64,000 nt of DNA, taken from NCBI GenBank assembly GCA_021732145.1, contig JAKFVN010000005.1:7019-71018 (forward strand). Direction: 5' to 3'. Source of the DNA: Alphaproteobacteria bacterium. Its GTDB lineage: Bacteria > Pseudomonadota > Alphaproteobacteria > UBA9219 > RGZA01. Positions 49,936-59,941 of the stretch are shown here, piece after piece. The notes under the pieces are model-generated. The model searched no databases, was not told the DNA's origin, and worked only from the letters and a program-made list of their open reading frames with translations. The translations under genes and the position numbers were made by a program. How positions within the stretch are numbered: the first letter of the stretch is position 1; the number at the start of each line of letters is the position of its first letter.

Positions 49936-51171
49936 ATGAGTGATAACGTGAAGGCATTGAAGCAACCGATTGATTACCCAGAAAAAAATATGGGGCCAAA
50001 ACAAGACACTGCGCTGCGCAGTGTGACGGTGCTTGGCTCGACCGGTTCCGTGGGCACGCAAACGCTGGAACTGATTGAAGCGAACCCGAACCAGTTTAAT
50101 GTCGTTGCCCTGACCGCCAATCAGAACGTTGAACTCCTCATCAAGCAGGCATTGGCGCTGCGCCCTGAACTGGTCGTCATTGGCGATGAAAGCAAGTACA
50201 AGGCATTAAAAGATGGCTTGTCCGGTAAGGGCATTGAAGTCGCCGCAGGCGCGGGGGCCGTCACGCAAGCCGCCCAACGCAAAAGCGATTGGGTGATGGC
50301 CGCGATTGTCGGCGCGGCAGGCTTGCCGCCAACCTTGGCAGCCGTGAAGCGCGGCGCAACGGTTGCGTTTGCGAATAAGGAATGCTTGGTATGCGCGGGG
50401 CCGTTGATGATGCGTGAAGTGCGCGATCACGGCGCGTATCTGCTGCCAGTGGATAGCGAGCACAACGCCATCTATCAGGTGTTTGATGATGAAGGCCGTG
50501 ACGGTATTGAACGGTTAATTCTTACAGCTTCAGGTGGCCCGTTCCGCCACACCAGTTTGGAAGACATGGCGAATGTCACGCCGCAGGAAGCGGTGAAGCA
50601 TCCGGTTTGGTCGATGGGCTCCAAGATTTCCATCGATAGCGCGACGATGATGAATAAGGGGCTGGAAATTATCGAGGCAAGCTTCCTGTTCGATATGCCG
50701 GAAGATAAAATTGGCGTGATTGTCCACCCGCAATCGGTCATTCACAGCATGGTGGAATATAAGGATGGTTCGGTGCTCGCCCAGCTTGGCAGTCCCGATA
50801 TGCGCACGCCGATTGCCTATGCGCTTGCCTACCCCAAGCGCATGACAACGCCGGCTGCGCGCCTGAACCTTGCGCAAATTGGTTCATTAACATTCGAAGA
50901 ACCAGACCCGACCCGTTTCCGCGCGCTGGTGTTGACCAGAGAAGCCTTAAAGCGCGGCGGCACAGCCCCCACCATTTTGAATGCCGCCAATGAAGTAGCG
51001 GTAGATGCGTTTTTAAACAGCCGGATTGGCTTCCTTGATATTGCCAAAATTGTAGAGGAGACTCTTTCGGCCATAACTATCCAGCCGCTTGATACACTTG
51101 AAGCGGTGACGACCAGCGATGCAGCGGCGCGCCGCATTGCATCGGAAAAAGTTAAGGCTTGCGGTAAGTAA
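49936..51171 (+). CDS. dxr: 1-deoxy-D-xylulose 5-phosphate reductoisomerase. The exact start is uncertain.
   Basis: VTVLGSTGSVGTQTL and other Dxr motifs. Confidence 0.92.
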   Translation: MSDNVKALKQPIDYPEKNMGPKQDTALRSVTVLGSTGSVGTQTLELIEANPNQFNVVALTANQNVELLIKQALALRPELVVIGDESKYKALKDGLSGKGIEVAAGAGAVTQAAQRKSDWVMAAIVGAAGLPPTLAAVKRGATVAFANKECLVCAGPLMMREVRDHGAYLLPVDSEHNAIYQVFDDEGRDGIERLILTASGGPFRHTSLEDMANVTPQEAVKHPVWSMGSKISIDSATMMNKGLEIIEASFLFDMPEDKIGVIVHPQSVIHSMVEYKDGSVLAQLGSPDMRTPIAYALAYPKRMTTPAARLNLAQIGSLTFEEPDPTRFRALVLTREALKRGGTAPTILNAANEVAVDAFLNSRIGFLDIAKIVEETLSAITIQPLDTLEAVTTSDAAARRIASEKVKACGK

Positions 51172-51200
51172 GCCGACTAAACCAATTAATAGGAACTTGA

Positions 51201-52334
51201 ATGTTAGATATTTTGCTCCATACCTTGCCATCCTTCCTGCTCGTGCTCGGCATTGTCGTGTTCGTGCATGAATTCGGCCATTACATCGTTGCCAAAATGT
51301 GCGGCGTTAAAATTGAATCCTTCTCGCTCGGCTTTGGCCCTGAAATTGTCGGCTTCAACGATAAATCGGGCACGCGCTGGCGCTTCAGCATTTTGCCCTT
51401 GGGCGGTTATGTAAAAATGTTCGGCGATGCCGATCCATCCAGCACACCGGATGCAAAAGTGCATGTGATGACTGAAAGTGAAAAGAAGCAGGCGTTTTTC
51501 CATAAAACCGTTGGCCAGCGCGCAGCGATTGTTGCGGCGGGCCCTGCTATCAACTTTCTCTTCACCTTTATTGTGTTTGTTGGCCTGTTCACCACTGAAG
51601 GCCAGCCATTCACCCCGCCGCGCATAGGCGACGTAGTAAAGGATGGCCCTGCGGCAATGGCGGGTATTTTGCCCGGCGATACATTCCTGAAAATCAACAC
51701 GGTTGCGGTGACTCGCTTTGAAGATATTCGTTTGGAAATTTCCACCAGTCGCGCCGAACCGATGGTCATCTCCCTTGACCGCGGCGGCGTGGTAATGGAA
51801 AAGACCATCACGCCAAAAATGGCAGAAGTAAAAGACCGTTTTGGCGCGGTGCATCAGGTGGGACAAATTGGCGTGAAAGCCGAAACCGGCAAGATGACCT
51901 ACCGCAAGCTGGAATTTGTTCCAGCGGTGAATGCCGCCGTAACCGAAATGGGCAGCATGGTTGGAACAACACTGAAAGCCATCGGCCAGATTATTGTGGG
52001 CACCAGAGGCACCGAAGAACTGGGCGGGCCATTACGCATTGCCGAAATGTCAGGAAAAATTGGCAAGGAAGGCCTTGTGCCACTGATTTGGTTCATGGCG
52101 GTGATTTCGCTTAGCCTGGGCTTGTTCAACTTATTTCCCATCCCCTTGCTGGATGGCGGACATTTGTTCTTCTATGCAATTGAAGCGATTAAAGGCGGGC
52201 CTGTGAATGAATCCATCATGGAATTCACATCAAAGGTTGGCTTCTTCTTCATCATCAGCATGATGCTGTTCTTTACATGGAACGACATTAATCAGCTACA
52301 GATCTTTAATTATGTTAAAGGTCTCTTTTCCTAA
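51201..52334 (+). CDS. rseP: RIP zinc metalloprotease RseP (site-2 protease)
   Basis: HEFGHY zinc site, a PDZ region, and a C-terminal LDG motif. Confidence 0.9.
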   Translation: MLDILLHTLPSFLLVLGIVVFVHEFGHYIVAKMCGVKIESFSLGFGPEIVGFNDKSGTRWRFSILPLGGYVKMFGDADPSSTPDAKVHVMTESEKKQAFFHKTVGQRAAIVAAGPAINFLFTFIVFVGLFTTEGQPFTPPRIGDVVKDGPAAMAGILPGDTFLKINTVAVTRFEDIRLEISTSRAEPMVISLDRGGVVMEKTITPKMAEVKDRFGAVHQVGQIGVKAETGKMTYRKLEFVPAVNAAVTEMGSMVGTTLKAIGQIIVGTRGTEELGGPLRIAEMSGKIGKEGLVPLIWFMAVISLSLGLFNLFPIPLLDGGHLFFYAIEAIKGGPVNESIMEFTSKVGFFFIISMMLFFTWNDINQLQIFNYVKGLFS

Positions 52335-52353
52335 TTCAACCTATCCCGCCTGA

Positions 52354-54717
52354 ATGAATTTATTGGTTCGTTATCTTCTTAGTGCGTTGCTTGTGCTGCT
52401 GTTGCCAGCGCAAGCGTTTGCGTTCCAGTCATTCACGCCGGAAGCGCAAAGTCTTGATGCCGGGCCGGTATTTGGCGCAGAGCCTGCTGCGCCGCCAGCG
52501 GAAAGCGCGCCGATTATTTCCGATGTACGGGTAGAAGGCGTGCAGCGTATTGAAGCCGACACGGTGCGTTCATACCTGTCGCTGACCAAGGGCGATGCCG
52601 CCACAACCGCCAAAATGAATGATAGCGTGAAAGTATTATTCTCAACCGGATTTTTCTCCGATGTGCATGTCAGCCTCGCCGAAGGCAATGTACTGCTGGT
52701 GAAGGTAGCGGAAAACCCCGTGATTAACCGCGTGGTATTTGAAGGCAACCATGCGATTGAAACGAAGGATCTGGAAAAGGAAATCCAGTTAAAGGTGCGC
52801 CAAGTTTATACCAAAAGCCGCGTTAAGAGCGATACGCAGCGTATCTTGGACGTGTACCGCCGTTCCGGCCGCTTTGCCGTATTGGTGGAGCCAAAGGTAA
52901 TTAGCCTTGAGCAAAACCGCGTGGATTTGGTGTTTGAAGTAACCGAAGGCGCGCGCACGGGCGTGCGCCGCATCAACTTCATTGGCAATAAGGTGTTTGA
53001 TGATGAGGAATTGCGCGCCGCAGTGAATACCCGTGAAACCGAATGGTGGCGTTTCTTCAGCAATTCCGATTTTTATGACCCCGACCGTTTGAACTATGAC
53101 AAGGAATTGCTGCGCAGATTTTATCTGAACAACGGCTATGTCGATTTCCGCGTGCTGTCATCCCATGCCGAATTGACGCCAGACCGCAAGGATTTCCTTA
53201 TCACCTTCGCGATTGAAGAAGGGGAGAAATACACCTTTGGCAAGGTTGAGTTGCGCACAACGCTGAAGCGCATTAATCTTGATGCGCTGCGCGCGAAAAT
53301 TACCACCGCCACTGGCGATACCTATAGTGCGGAAAAGATTGAGAAAAGCGTTGCGCAACTGACCGCTGCGATTGGCGATTTGCAATATGGCTTCGCGCAG
53401 GTGCAGCCCAAACTGAACCCCGATAAGGCGAAGCGCATGGTGGATATTAATTATGCGGTGAATGAAGGGCCGCGTGTATTCGTGCAGCGTATCGATATTG
53501 CCGGCAATACCCGCACGCTTGACCGCGTTATCCGCCGCCAGATGCGATTATCGGAAGGTGACCCGTTCCTGAACAGCAAGGTCAAGAAATCCGAGCAAAA
53601 CATTCGCGATTTGGGCTTCTTTGAGGATGTGAAGGTAACGCCAAGCGAAGGCGGGCAGCCTGACCAATCCGTCATTGCGGTGGATGTAAAGGAAAAATCA
53701 ACCGGCGATTTCTCTATTGGCGCGGGATTCTCGTCAACCGACGGGCCTTTGGGCGACTTCAGCATTAATGAACGAAACCTGCTGGGCAAGGGTCAGAACC
53801 TGCGCTTTGGCATTCAGGCATCTGCCCGTACGCAGCAATATGACATCAGCTTTACCGAGCCGTATTTCCTTGGAAAGGACTTAGCGACGGGCTTGGACTT
53901 GTTCCGCATCACCCGAGATAATCAGAATTCAAGCTCGTTCAATGAAGCGCGCAATGGCTTTAACCTGCGTGCGGGCTATGCGCTGTCAGACGTGCTTAAT
54001 GAAAAATGGAATTACGGTTTAACGCAAACCAAGATTACCAACGTACCTATTACCGCATCGCGCTTTGTTCGCGAACAGCAGGGCTCCAGCATCACATCCC
54101 TGATTGGCCATGAATTGCTGTATGATAAGCGCAACAGCAAGCTGAATCCGACCGAAGGCTTTTATTTGAAAATGAATAATGATCTGGCGGGGCTTGGCGG
54201 CAATGTGCAGTTCTTGCGCGCCAAGCTGGGCGGCGCATATTATACCCCATTATTCAATAAGTGGACATTGACCCTGGGCGGCGAGGTTGGCTACATCTTC
54301 GGCCTTGGCCAGAATGTGCGCATCAACGACCGTTTCTATCTGGGGGGCGAAAACCTGCGCGGCTTTAAGTTTGCCGGCGTTGGCCCGCGTGACTTGACGC
54401 GCGGCGTGAACGATGCTTTGGGCGGCAACCGCTTTGGGCGTACCCGCGTGGAAGTCAGTTTCCCGACAGGCCTACCCGAAGAGTTTGGCGTGCGCGGCCG
54501 CGTATTTAACGATGCCGGCATTCTTGATCAGGTGGATGCAACCCCGCTGCCGGGTGAAAATTTCAAATCTGCCACTAAACTTCGCATGAGTGCTGGTATT
54601 GGTATTACATGGCAATCGCCGTTCGGCCCAATCGGGGTGGATTTGGCGCAGCCCATTCTTAAAGAATCCTATGACGTAACTGAATTCTTCCGCTTCAGCT
54701 TTGGTACACGCTTCTAG
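52354..54717 (+). CDS. bamA: outer membrane protein assembly factor BamA
   Basis: 787 aa with a signal peptide, POTRA repeats and a C-terminal beta-barrel ending RFSFGTRF. Confidence 0.93.
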   Translation: MNLLVRYLLSALLVLLLPAQAFAFQSFTPEAQSLDAGPVFGAEPAAPPAESAPIISDVRVEGVQRIEADTVRSYLSLTKGDAATTAKMNDSVKVLFSTGFFSDVHVSLAEGNVLLVKVAENPVINRVVFEGNHAIETKDLEKEIQLKVRQVYTKSRVKSDTQRILDVYRRSGRFAVLVEPKVISLEQNRVDLVFEVTEGARTGVRRINFIGNKVFDDEELRAAVNTRETEWWRFFSNSDFYDPDRLNYDKELLRRFYLNNGYVDFRVLSSHAELTPDRKDFLITFAIEEGEKYTFGKVELRTTLKRINLDALRAKITTATGDTYSAEKIEKSVAQLTAAIGDLQYGFAQVQPKLNPDKAKRMVDINYAVNEGPRVFVQRIDIAGNTRTLDRVIRRQMRLSEGDPFLNSKVKKSEQNIRDLGFFEDVKVTPSEGGQPDQSVIAVDVKEKSTGDFSIGAGFSSTDGPLGDFSINERNLLGKGQNLRFGIQASARTQQYDISFTEPYFLGKDLATGLDLFRITRDNQNSSSFNEARNGFNLRAGYALSDVLNEKWNYGLTQTKITNVPITASRFVREQQGSSITSLIGHELLYDKRNSKLNPTEGFYLKMNNDLAGLGGNVQFLRAKLGGAYYTPLFNKWTLTLGGEVGYIFGLGQNVRINDRFYLGGENLRGFKFAGVGPRDLTRGVNDALGGNRFGRTRVEVSFPTGLPEEFGVRGRVFNDAGILDQVDATPLPGENFKSATKLRMSAGIGITWQSPFGPIGVDLAQPILKESYDVTEFFRFSFGTRF

Positions 54718-54731
54718 CATTTGGGTTTCTC

Positions 54732-55328
54732 ATGACACGGTTACTGGCAATCATCATCGCATTTTGGGCATTCACGGCAATGGCTGAAGTGGCCCCGGCG
54801 CCGCCCGGCGCGCCCGCAACGCCGCGCTTCCCGATTTTGATTGTGGATGTAAAGCACGTGCTGGATGATTCAAAGGCAGCCATCAGCGCGCAAAAGAAAA
54901 TTGAAGTGCAGCGCAGCGCGTTCCAGGATGAAATCTCGTCGCAGGAAAAGAAAATCCGGGAAGCGGAACAGGAACTGGTACAGCAGCGCGGCAAGCTGGA
55001 TGAAAAAGCCTATGCCGAAAAAGAAACCCAGCTGCGCCAGAAATTCCGTGACGTTGAAAAATACGTTCAGGAACGCCGCGCGACATTGGAAAAGGCAACC
55101 AGCCAATCCTTGGGCAAGGTGCATGATGTGATGCAGGGGATAGTTTCCGACATCGCCAAGAAGCGCGGCGCGCAATTGGTGCTGGCAAAGCAGGGCAATC
55201 AGGCTGTGCTATGGACCATTGACGGCAACGATATTACCGCGGAAGTCAGCGCCCGTTTGAACGCGCAATTGCCGGATATCGCTGTCAACATTGATGTTCC
55301 GGATGCAAAAAAAGACCCCGCTAAATAA
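54732..55328 (+). CDS. skp: OmpH/Skp periplasmic chaperone
   Basis: Signal peptide, coiled-coil-rich sequence, and position directly after bamA. Confidence 0.8.
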   Translation: MTRLLAIIIAFWAFTAMAEVAPAPPGAPATPRFPILIVDVKHVLDDSKAAISAQKKIEVQRSAFQDEISSQEKKIREAEQELVQQRGKLDEKAYAEKETQLRQKFRDVEKYVQERRATLEKATSQSLGKVHDVMQGIVSDIAKKRGAQLVLAKQGNQAVLWTIDGNDITAEVSARLNAQLPDIAVNIDVPDAKKDPAK

Positions 55329-55485
55329 AGATTTTTGAAGCCTGTTTTTGTCGCATTTTCTAAGGAAAACCGGTGCCGTCTTTTCCCGAAAATGCTATAT
55401 CACCTTGATTTTACATTGATTTGCAGGACGAAATAAGGCATTGATAAACGCTCTTCATTTTCCAAGAGCCGTGCCGAGACCCACC

Positions 55486-55986
55486 ATGACTGACGCAAAA
55501 GCAAAATCCAGCACCACGATTGATATCCAAGGGATTATGAACCGCATCCCGCATCGTTACCCGATGCTGCTGATTGACCGCGTGATTGATGTGGTAACGG
55601 GCGAAAGTGCCACAGGCGTTAAGAACGTGACGGTGAATGAACCATTTTTCCAAGGCCATTTCCCCGGCCACCCGATTATGCCGGGCGTGTTGATTGTGGA
55701 GGCGATGGCGCAGACCTCTGCCGTGCTCGTCGTCGATATGCTCGATGAAATCGAGGAAGGCCGCCATATGGTGTATTTCATGACAATTGATGAGGCGCGC
55801 TTCCGTCGCCCGGTATTCCCCGGCGATACGCTGCACATTAAGGTCAAGAAAGATCGCCAGCGCGGCAATGTATGGAAGTTCAGGGGCGAAGCCTATGTGG
55901 GCAGCGACAAGGTTGCCGAAGCGATGTATAGCGCCATGCTGATTGATACCAAGCGCGAAAGCATGCTTGGCCAGGATAAACAATAG
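55486..55986 (+). CDS. fabZ: 3-hydroxyacyl-ACP dehydratase FabZ
   Basis: RYPMLLIDRV...FFQGHFPGHPIMPGVLIVEAMAQ motifs. Confidence 0.92.
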   Translation: MTDAKAKSSTTIDIQGIMNRIPHRYPMLLIDRVIDVVTGESATGVKNVTVNEPFFQGHFPGHPIMPGVLIVEAMAQTSAVLVVDMLDEIEEGRHMVYFMTIDEARFRRPVFPGDTLHIKVKKDRQRGNVWKFRGEAYVGSDKVAEAMYSAMLIDTKRESMLGQDKQ

Positions 55987-55994
55987 GAACAACC

Positions 55995-56798
55995 GTGGCG
56001 CAGGAACTTCATAAAACCGCAATCATTGACCCTGCCGCGAGCATCGCGGATGGCGTGAGCATTGGCCCGTATTGCGTGATTGGCCCGGATGTAAAGCTTA
56101 GCTGGAATGTGAAGCTGCACAGCCATGTAGTGATTGATGGCAATACCAGCATTGGCGAAGGCACCGAAATTTACCCCTTCGCATCCATCGGCACCGCGCC
56201 GCAGGATAAGAAATTCAAGGGCGAGCATTCGCGCCTTGAAATCGGCAAGCGCAATTCCATCCGCGAGCATGTGACGATTAACCCCGGCACCGAAGGTGGC
56301 GGGCTTGTTACCAAAATCGGCGATGATTGCCTGATTATGATTGGCGCGCATGTGGCGCATGATTGCCAGATTGGCAATAACGTTATTCTGGTCAACAACG
56401 CGACGCTGGCGGGCCATGTGCATGTGGGCCACCACGCGATTATTGGCGGCAATTCCGCCGTGCACCAATTTGTGCGCATTGGCGCGCATGCGATGATTGG
56501 CGGCATGTCGGGCGTTGAAAACGATGTTATTCCGTATGGCACCGTAATGGGCGAACGCGCACGTCTGGCCGGATTAAATCTGGTTGGCCTTGAACGCCGC
56601 GGTTTCAAGAAAGAACAAATCAATGAACTGCGTAATGCGTACCGCATGCTGTTTGCACCGGAAGGCACATTCTCCGAGCGCCTGGAAGGCGTTGCGGATA
56701 ATTATGCGGCATCGGAAGTTGTCAAAGACATCGTCGCTTTCATTCGCAACAAATCTTCGCGGCCCATTTGCCAGCCGCGCAGTGATCAAGCTGCATAA
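55995..56798 (+). CDS. lpxA: acyl-ACP--UDP-N-acetylglucosamine O-acyltransferase
   Basis: Hexapeptide-repeat left-handed beta-helix protein of 267 aa, sitting between fabZ and lpxB. Confidence 0.9.
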   Translation: MAQELHKTAIIDPAASIADGVSIGPYCVIGPDVKLSWNVKLHSHVVIDGNTSIGEGTEIYPFASIGTAPQDKKFKGEHSRLEIGKRNSIREHVTINPGTEGGGLVTKIGDDCLIMIGAHVAHDCQIGNNVILVNNATLAGHVHVGHHAIIGGNSAVHQFVRIGAHAMIGGMSGVENDVIPYGTVMGERARLAGLNLVGLERRGFKKEQINELRNAYRMLFAPEGTFSERLEGVADNYAASEVVKDIVAFIRNKSSRPICQPRSDQAA

Positions 56799-56804
56799 TT
56801 CTGC

Positions 56805-57629
56805 ATGGAAAAGCCACTCGGTATCATTGCTGGTGGTGGGGAAGCCCCAAAACGCTTGATTGCGCAATGCCTGCGCATGAACAAGCCATTCCATGTTCTG
56901 GCGCTGGAAGGCCAGACCGATAAAGACATTATCGATATCGCCGATGATTTGCCCATTAGCTGGCTGCCGCTTGGCGCTGCCGCTGCCGCCATCGCGCTCG
57001 GCAAGGAAAAAGGCGTAACCGATGTGGTGTTGCTGGGCCGCGTTCGCCGCCCAAGCCTTGCCGAATTAAAACCCGATTGGCTGATGGTGCAAAAGCTGGC
57101 GCGCATTGGCTTTGGTGTTTTGGGTGATGATGGGCTTTTGAAAGCCATCGCCAAGGAATTTGAAATGGAAGGCTTCCATATTGTCGCTGTGCAGGATGTA
57201 TTCGCGGATGTGCTGTTTCCTGAAGGCCAGCTTGGCAAGCATGCAGCCAATGAAACCGCGCAAACCGATATTAAGCGCGGCATTGAAATTGCGCGCACCC
57301 TTGGCGCGCTGGATGTAGGCCAAGCGGTGGTGGTGCAGCAGGGCATTGTGCTGGGCATTGAAGCGATTGAAGGCACCGATGCGCTGATTGGCCGCGCGGG
57401 CGTATTAAAACGCGAAGGCGCAGCGCCGGTATTGGTGAAATTGAAAAAACCGCAGCAGGATATGCGCCTTGATTTGCCAGCCATCGGCATTTCCACGGTG
57501 CGCGAAGCGCGCGCCGCCGGGTTTTGTGGCATTGCCGCGCAAGCGGGCGGTTGCCTGTTGATTGATCGCGAGGAAGCGATTAAAGCCGCAGATGCCGCCG
57601 GCATGTTTATTATCGGGCTGAAGCTATGA
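56805..57629 (+). CDS. lpxI: UDP-2,3-diacylglucosamine hydrolase LpxI (DUF1009 family)
   Basis: N-terminus MEKPLGIIAGGGEAPKRL, and the position between lpxA and lpxB that is characteristic of alphaproteobacteria. Confidence 0.75.
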   Translation: MEKPLGIIAGGGEAPKRLIAQCLRMNKPFHVLALEGQTDKDIIDIADDLPISWLPLGAAAAAIALGKEKGVTDVVLLGRVRRPSLAELKPDWLMVQKLARIGFGVLGDDGLLKAIAKEFEMEGFHIVAVQDVFADVLFPEGQLGKHAANETAQTDIKRGIEIARTLGALDVGQAVVVQQGIVLGIEAIEGTDALIGRAGVLKREGAAPVLVKLKKPQQDMRLDLPAIGISTVREARAAGFCGIAAQAGGCLLIDREEAIKAADAAGMFIIGLKL

Positions 57630-58804
57630 ACCAAGGAACAGCCGATAAGGTGCCGTGTTTTTTTTTGGTGGCCTGCGAACCATCGGGTGATTTGCTCGGC
57701 GCGCGGTTGATGTCGGCTTTAAAAAAGCTGTTTAATGGCCAGGTGCGGTTTGAAGGCGTGGGCGGTGAACGCATGCAGGCGGAAGGGCTTAATACCCTGT
57801 TCCAGCAATCGGAACTGGCGCTGTTTGGCCTGGTTGAATTGCTGCCAAAAATCCCGCATGTGCTCAAACGCCTTGAAGAAACAGTGGAGGCCGCCAAGCG
57901 CATCAAGCCCGATGCCGTGATTACGATTGATGGCCCTGATTTTTGTTTTCGTCTGGCAAAAAAGCTAAAAGGTCAGAAAATTCCGCTCATTCATTATGTC
58001 GCGCCAACCGTGTGGGCATGGCGACCCGGGCGCGCGAAAAAAATTGCCAAACTGTATGACCATTTGCTGGCGATTTTGCCATTTGAACCGCCGTATTTTG
58101 AAAAGGTTGGCCTGCCATGCACCTTTGTGGGGCACACCGTGATGGAGCAGGGCGCGGATAAGGGCGACGCGGAACGCTTTTATAAGGAAATGAATGTTCC
58201 GCGTAATATGAAAATCATCACGGTGCTGCCCGGCAGCCGCCGCAGTGAAATTAAACGCCTTGCGCCTGTGTTTGCCGAAACGCTGAAGCATCTTCAGCCA
58301 TTGACCGAAGGGTTTAAGGTCATTGTGCCGACCGTGCCGCAGGTTCTGGATTTTCTTGGGCCATATTTAAAAAACTGGCCCATTAAGCCGTTGGTATTAA
58401 TTGGCGACCAGCAAAAATACGATGCCTTCGCGGCAAGCCATGTGTCACTCGCGGCATCGGGCACGGTTGCGCTGGAGCTCGCGCTTGCCAAAACGCCGCA
58501 TATTATCGCGTATAAACTGAACCCGATTACCGTGTTGCTGTATCGCTGGTTCATCAAGGTCAAATACGCGAATTTGACCAATTTACTGCTGAACCGCCTG
58601 GTTGTGCCGGAATTCTTGCAGGAATTCTGCGCGCCCGAAGCGATGTCGAAGAAATTATTTGAATTATGGAGCGATGCATCGGCGCGCAACAACCAGCGCA
58701 AGGCGTTTGATGAAATAAAAACCATGCTGATTAACGGCGATATGCCTCCATCTGAAAAAGCCGCGCGCGTGGTATGCGAGGTTGCGAATGTCCGCATCCG
58801 ATAA
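57626..58804 (+). CDS. lpxB: lipid-A-disaccharide synthase
   Basis: GT19 motifs (EPSGDLLGARL, TVWAWRPGRAKK). Confidence 0.9.
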   Translation: MNQGTADKVPCFFLVACEPSGDLLGARLMSALKKLFNGQVRFEGVGGERMQAEGLNTLFQQSELALFGLVELLPKIPHVLKRLEETVEAAKRIKPDAVITIDGPDFCFRLAKKLKGQKIPLIHYVAPTVWAWRPGRAKKIAKLYDHLLAILPFEPPYFEKVGLPCTFVGHTVMEQGADKGDAERFYKEMNVPRNMKIITVLPGSRRSEIKRLAPVFAETLKHLQPLTEGFKVIVPTVPQVLDFLGPYLKNWPIKPLVLIGDQQKYDAFAASHVSLAASGTVALELALAKTPHIIAYKLNPITVLLYRWFIKVKYANLTNLLLNRLVVPEFLQEFCAPEAMSKKLFELWSDASARNNQRKAFDEIKTMLINGDMPPSEKAARVVCEVANVRIR

Positions 58805-59924
58805 GCTCACCGTATTGCAGGTTATTCCAAGCCTTGAAGCAGGCGGGGCAGAACGCGCGACCGTGGATATTTCCGTAGCGCTGATTAAAGCAGGGCATGA
58901 AGCAATTGTGGTGAGCAAAGGCGGGTATTTGCAGGCGGAATTGCAGGCCAAGCATGCGCGGCATATCCGCCACGATGTCGCGAGCAAGAACCTGTTCCGC
59001 ATGCTATTTAACGCATTTTTCCTGGCATACATCATCATCAAGGAAGAAGTGGATGTTATTCATGCGCGCAGCCGCGCCCCGGCATGGAGCGCATTATGGG
59101 CATCGCGCATGACGGGCATTCCGTTTATCACGACATTCCATGCGGCATATAAGGGCAGTTTCTTTTTAAAAAAATGGTATAACAGCGTGATGACGAAGTC
59201 TGACCGCATCATCGCGATTTCGGAATTCATCGCGCGGCACATCAAAAAGAATTACGGCGTGAACGCATCACGCATCACGGTCATTCCGCGCGGAATTGAC
59301 ATGGGCGTATATGATGCCGCCAGCATTTCCGATGAACGCAAGCAGAAATTGCTGAATAGCTGGAATAATAAAGCGGGCGTGCCGGTGATGATCATGCCAG
59401 GGCGCTTATCGCCGATTAAGGGGCATGAATTGGTGCTGGATGCCTTAAGCACCCTGAAGCAGCACCCGTTTATATGCGTATTTATTGGCCCCGACCAAGG
59501 CCGCAGCAAATACAGCGAACGCCTGCGCGGTTTAGTTGAGGAATATGGTTTGAAAGACAAAATCATGTGGATGGATGGCGGTGATGTGCCCGCCGCCTAT
59601 TCGCTGGCGCAACTGGTGTTAAGCCCCAGCCAGGTTGCGGAAGGGTTCGGGCGCGTGCCCGTGGAAGCGCAGGCGATGGGCGTGCCCGTGATTGCAACGG
59701 CGCTTGGCGCAACCGATGAAACGATAATGGATGGTCAAACCGGATGGCTGGTGCCACCTGGTGATGCGCAGGCGCTAAGCAACGCGATTTTAAAATGCCT
59801 ACTGCTCAGCGCGGATGAACGCGCCGTCATGTCAAAGCGCGCAAAAGATTACGTGCATGGCAAATTCCAGCTGCAGCACATGTGCGCCGCCACATTGCAG
59901 GTCTATGCGGAGATCGTGAAGTGA
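58788..59924 (+). CDS. glycosyltransferase family 4 (GT-B fold, LPS core / Kdo-lipid A associated)
   Basis: N-terminus VLQVIPSLEAGGAERATVD and the C-terminal EGFGRVPVEAQAMGVPVIAT motif. Confidence 0.75.
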   Translation: MSASDKLTVLQVIPSLEAGGAERATVDISVALIKAGHEAIVVSKGGYLQAELQAKHARHIRHDVASKNLFRMLFNAFFLAYIIIKEEVDVIHARSRAPAWSALWASRMTGIPFITTFHAAYKGSFFLKKWYNSVMTKSDRIIAISEFIARHIKKNYGVNASRITVIPRGIDMGVYDAASISDERKQKLLNSWNNKAGVPVMIMPGRLSPIKGHELVLDALSTLKQHPFICVFIGPDQGRSKYSERLRGLVEEYGLKDKIMWMDGGDVPAAYSLAQLVLSPSQVAEGFGRVPVEAQAMGVPVIATALGATDETIMDGQTGWLVPPGDAQALSNAILKCLLLSADERAVMSKRAKDYVHGKFQLQHMCAATLQVYAEIVK

Positions 59925-59941
59925 GCAGTCCCAAAAATATC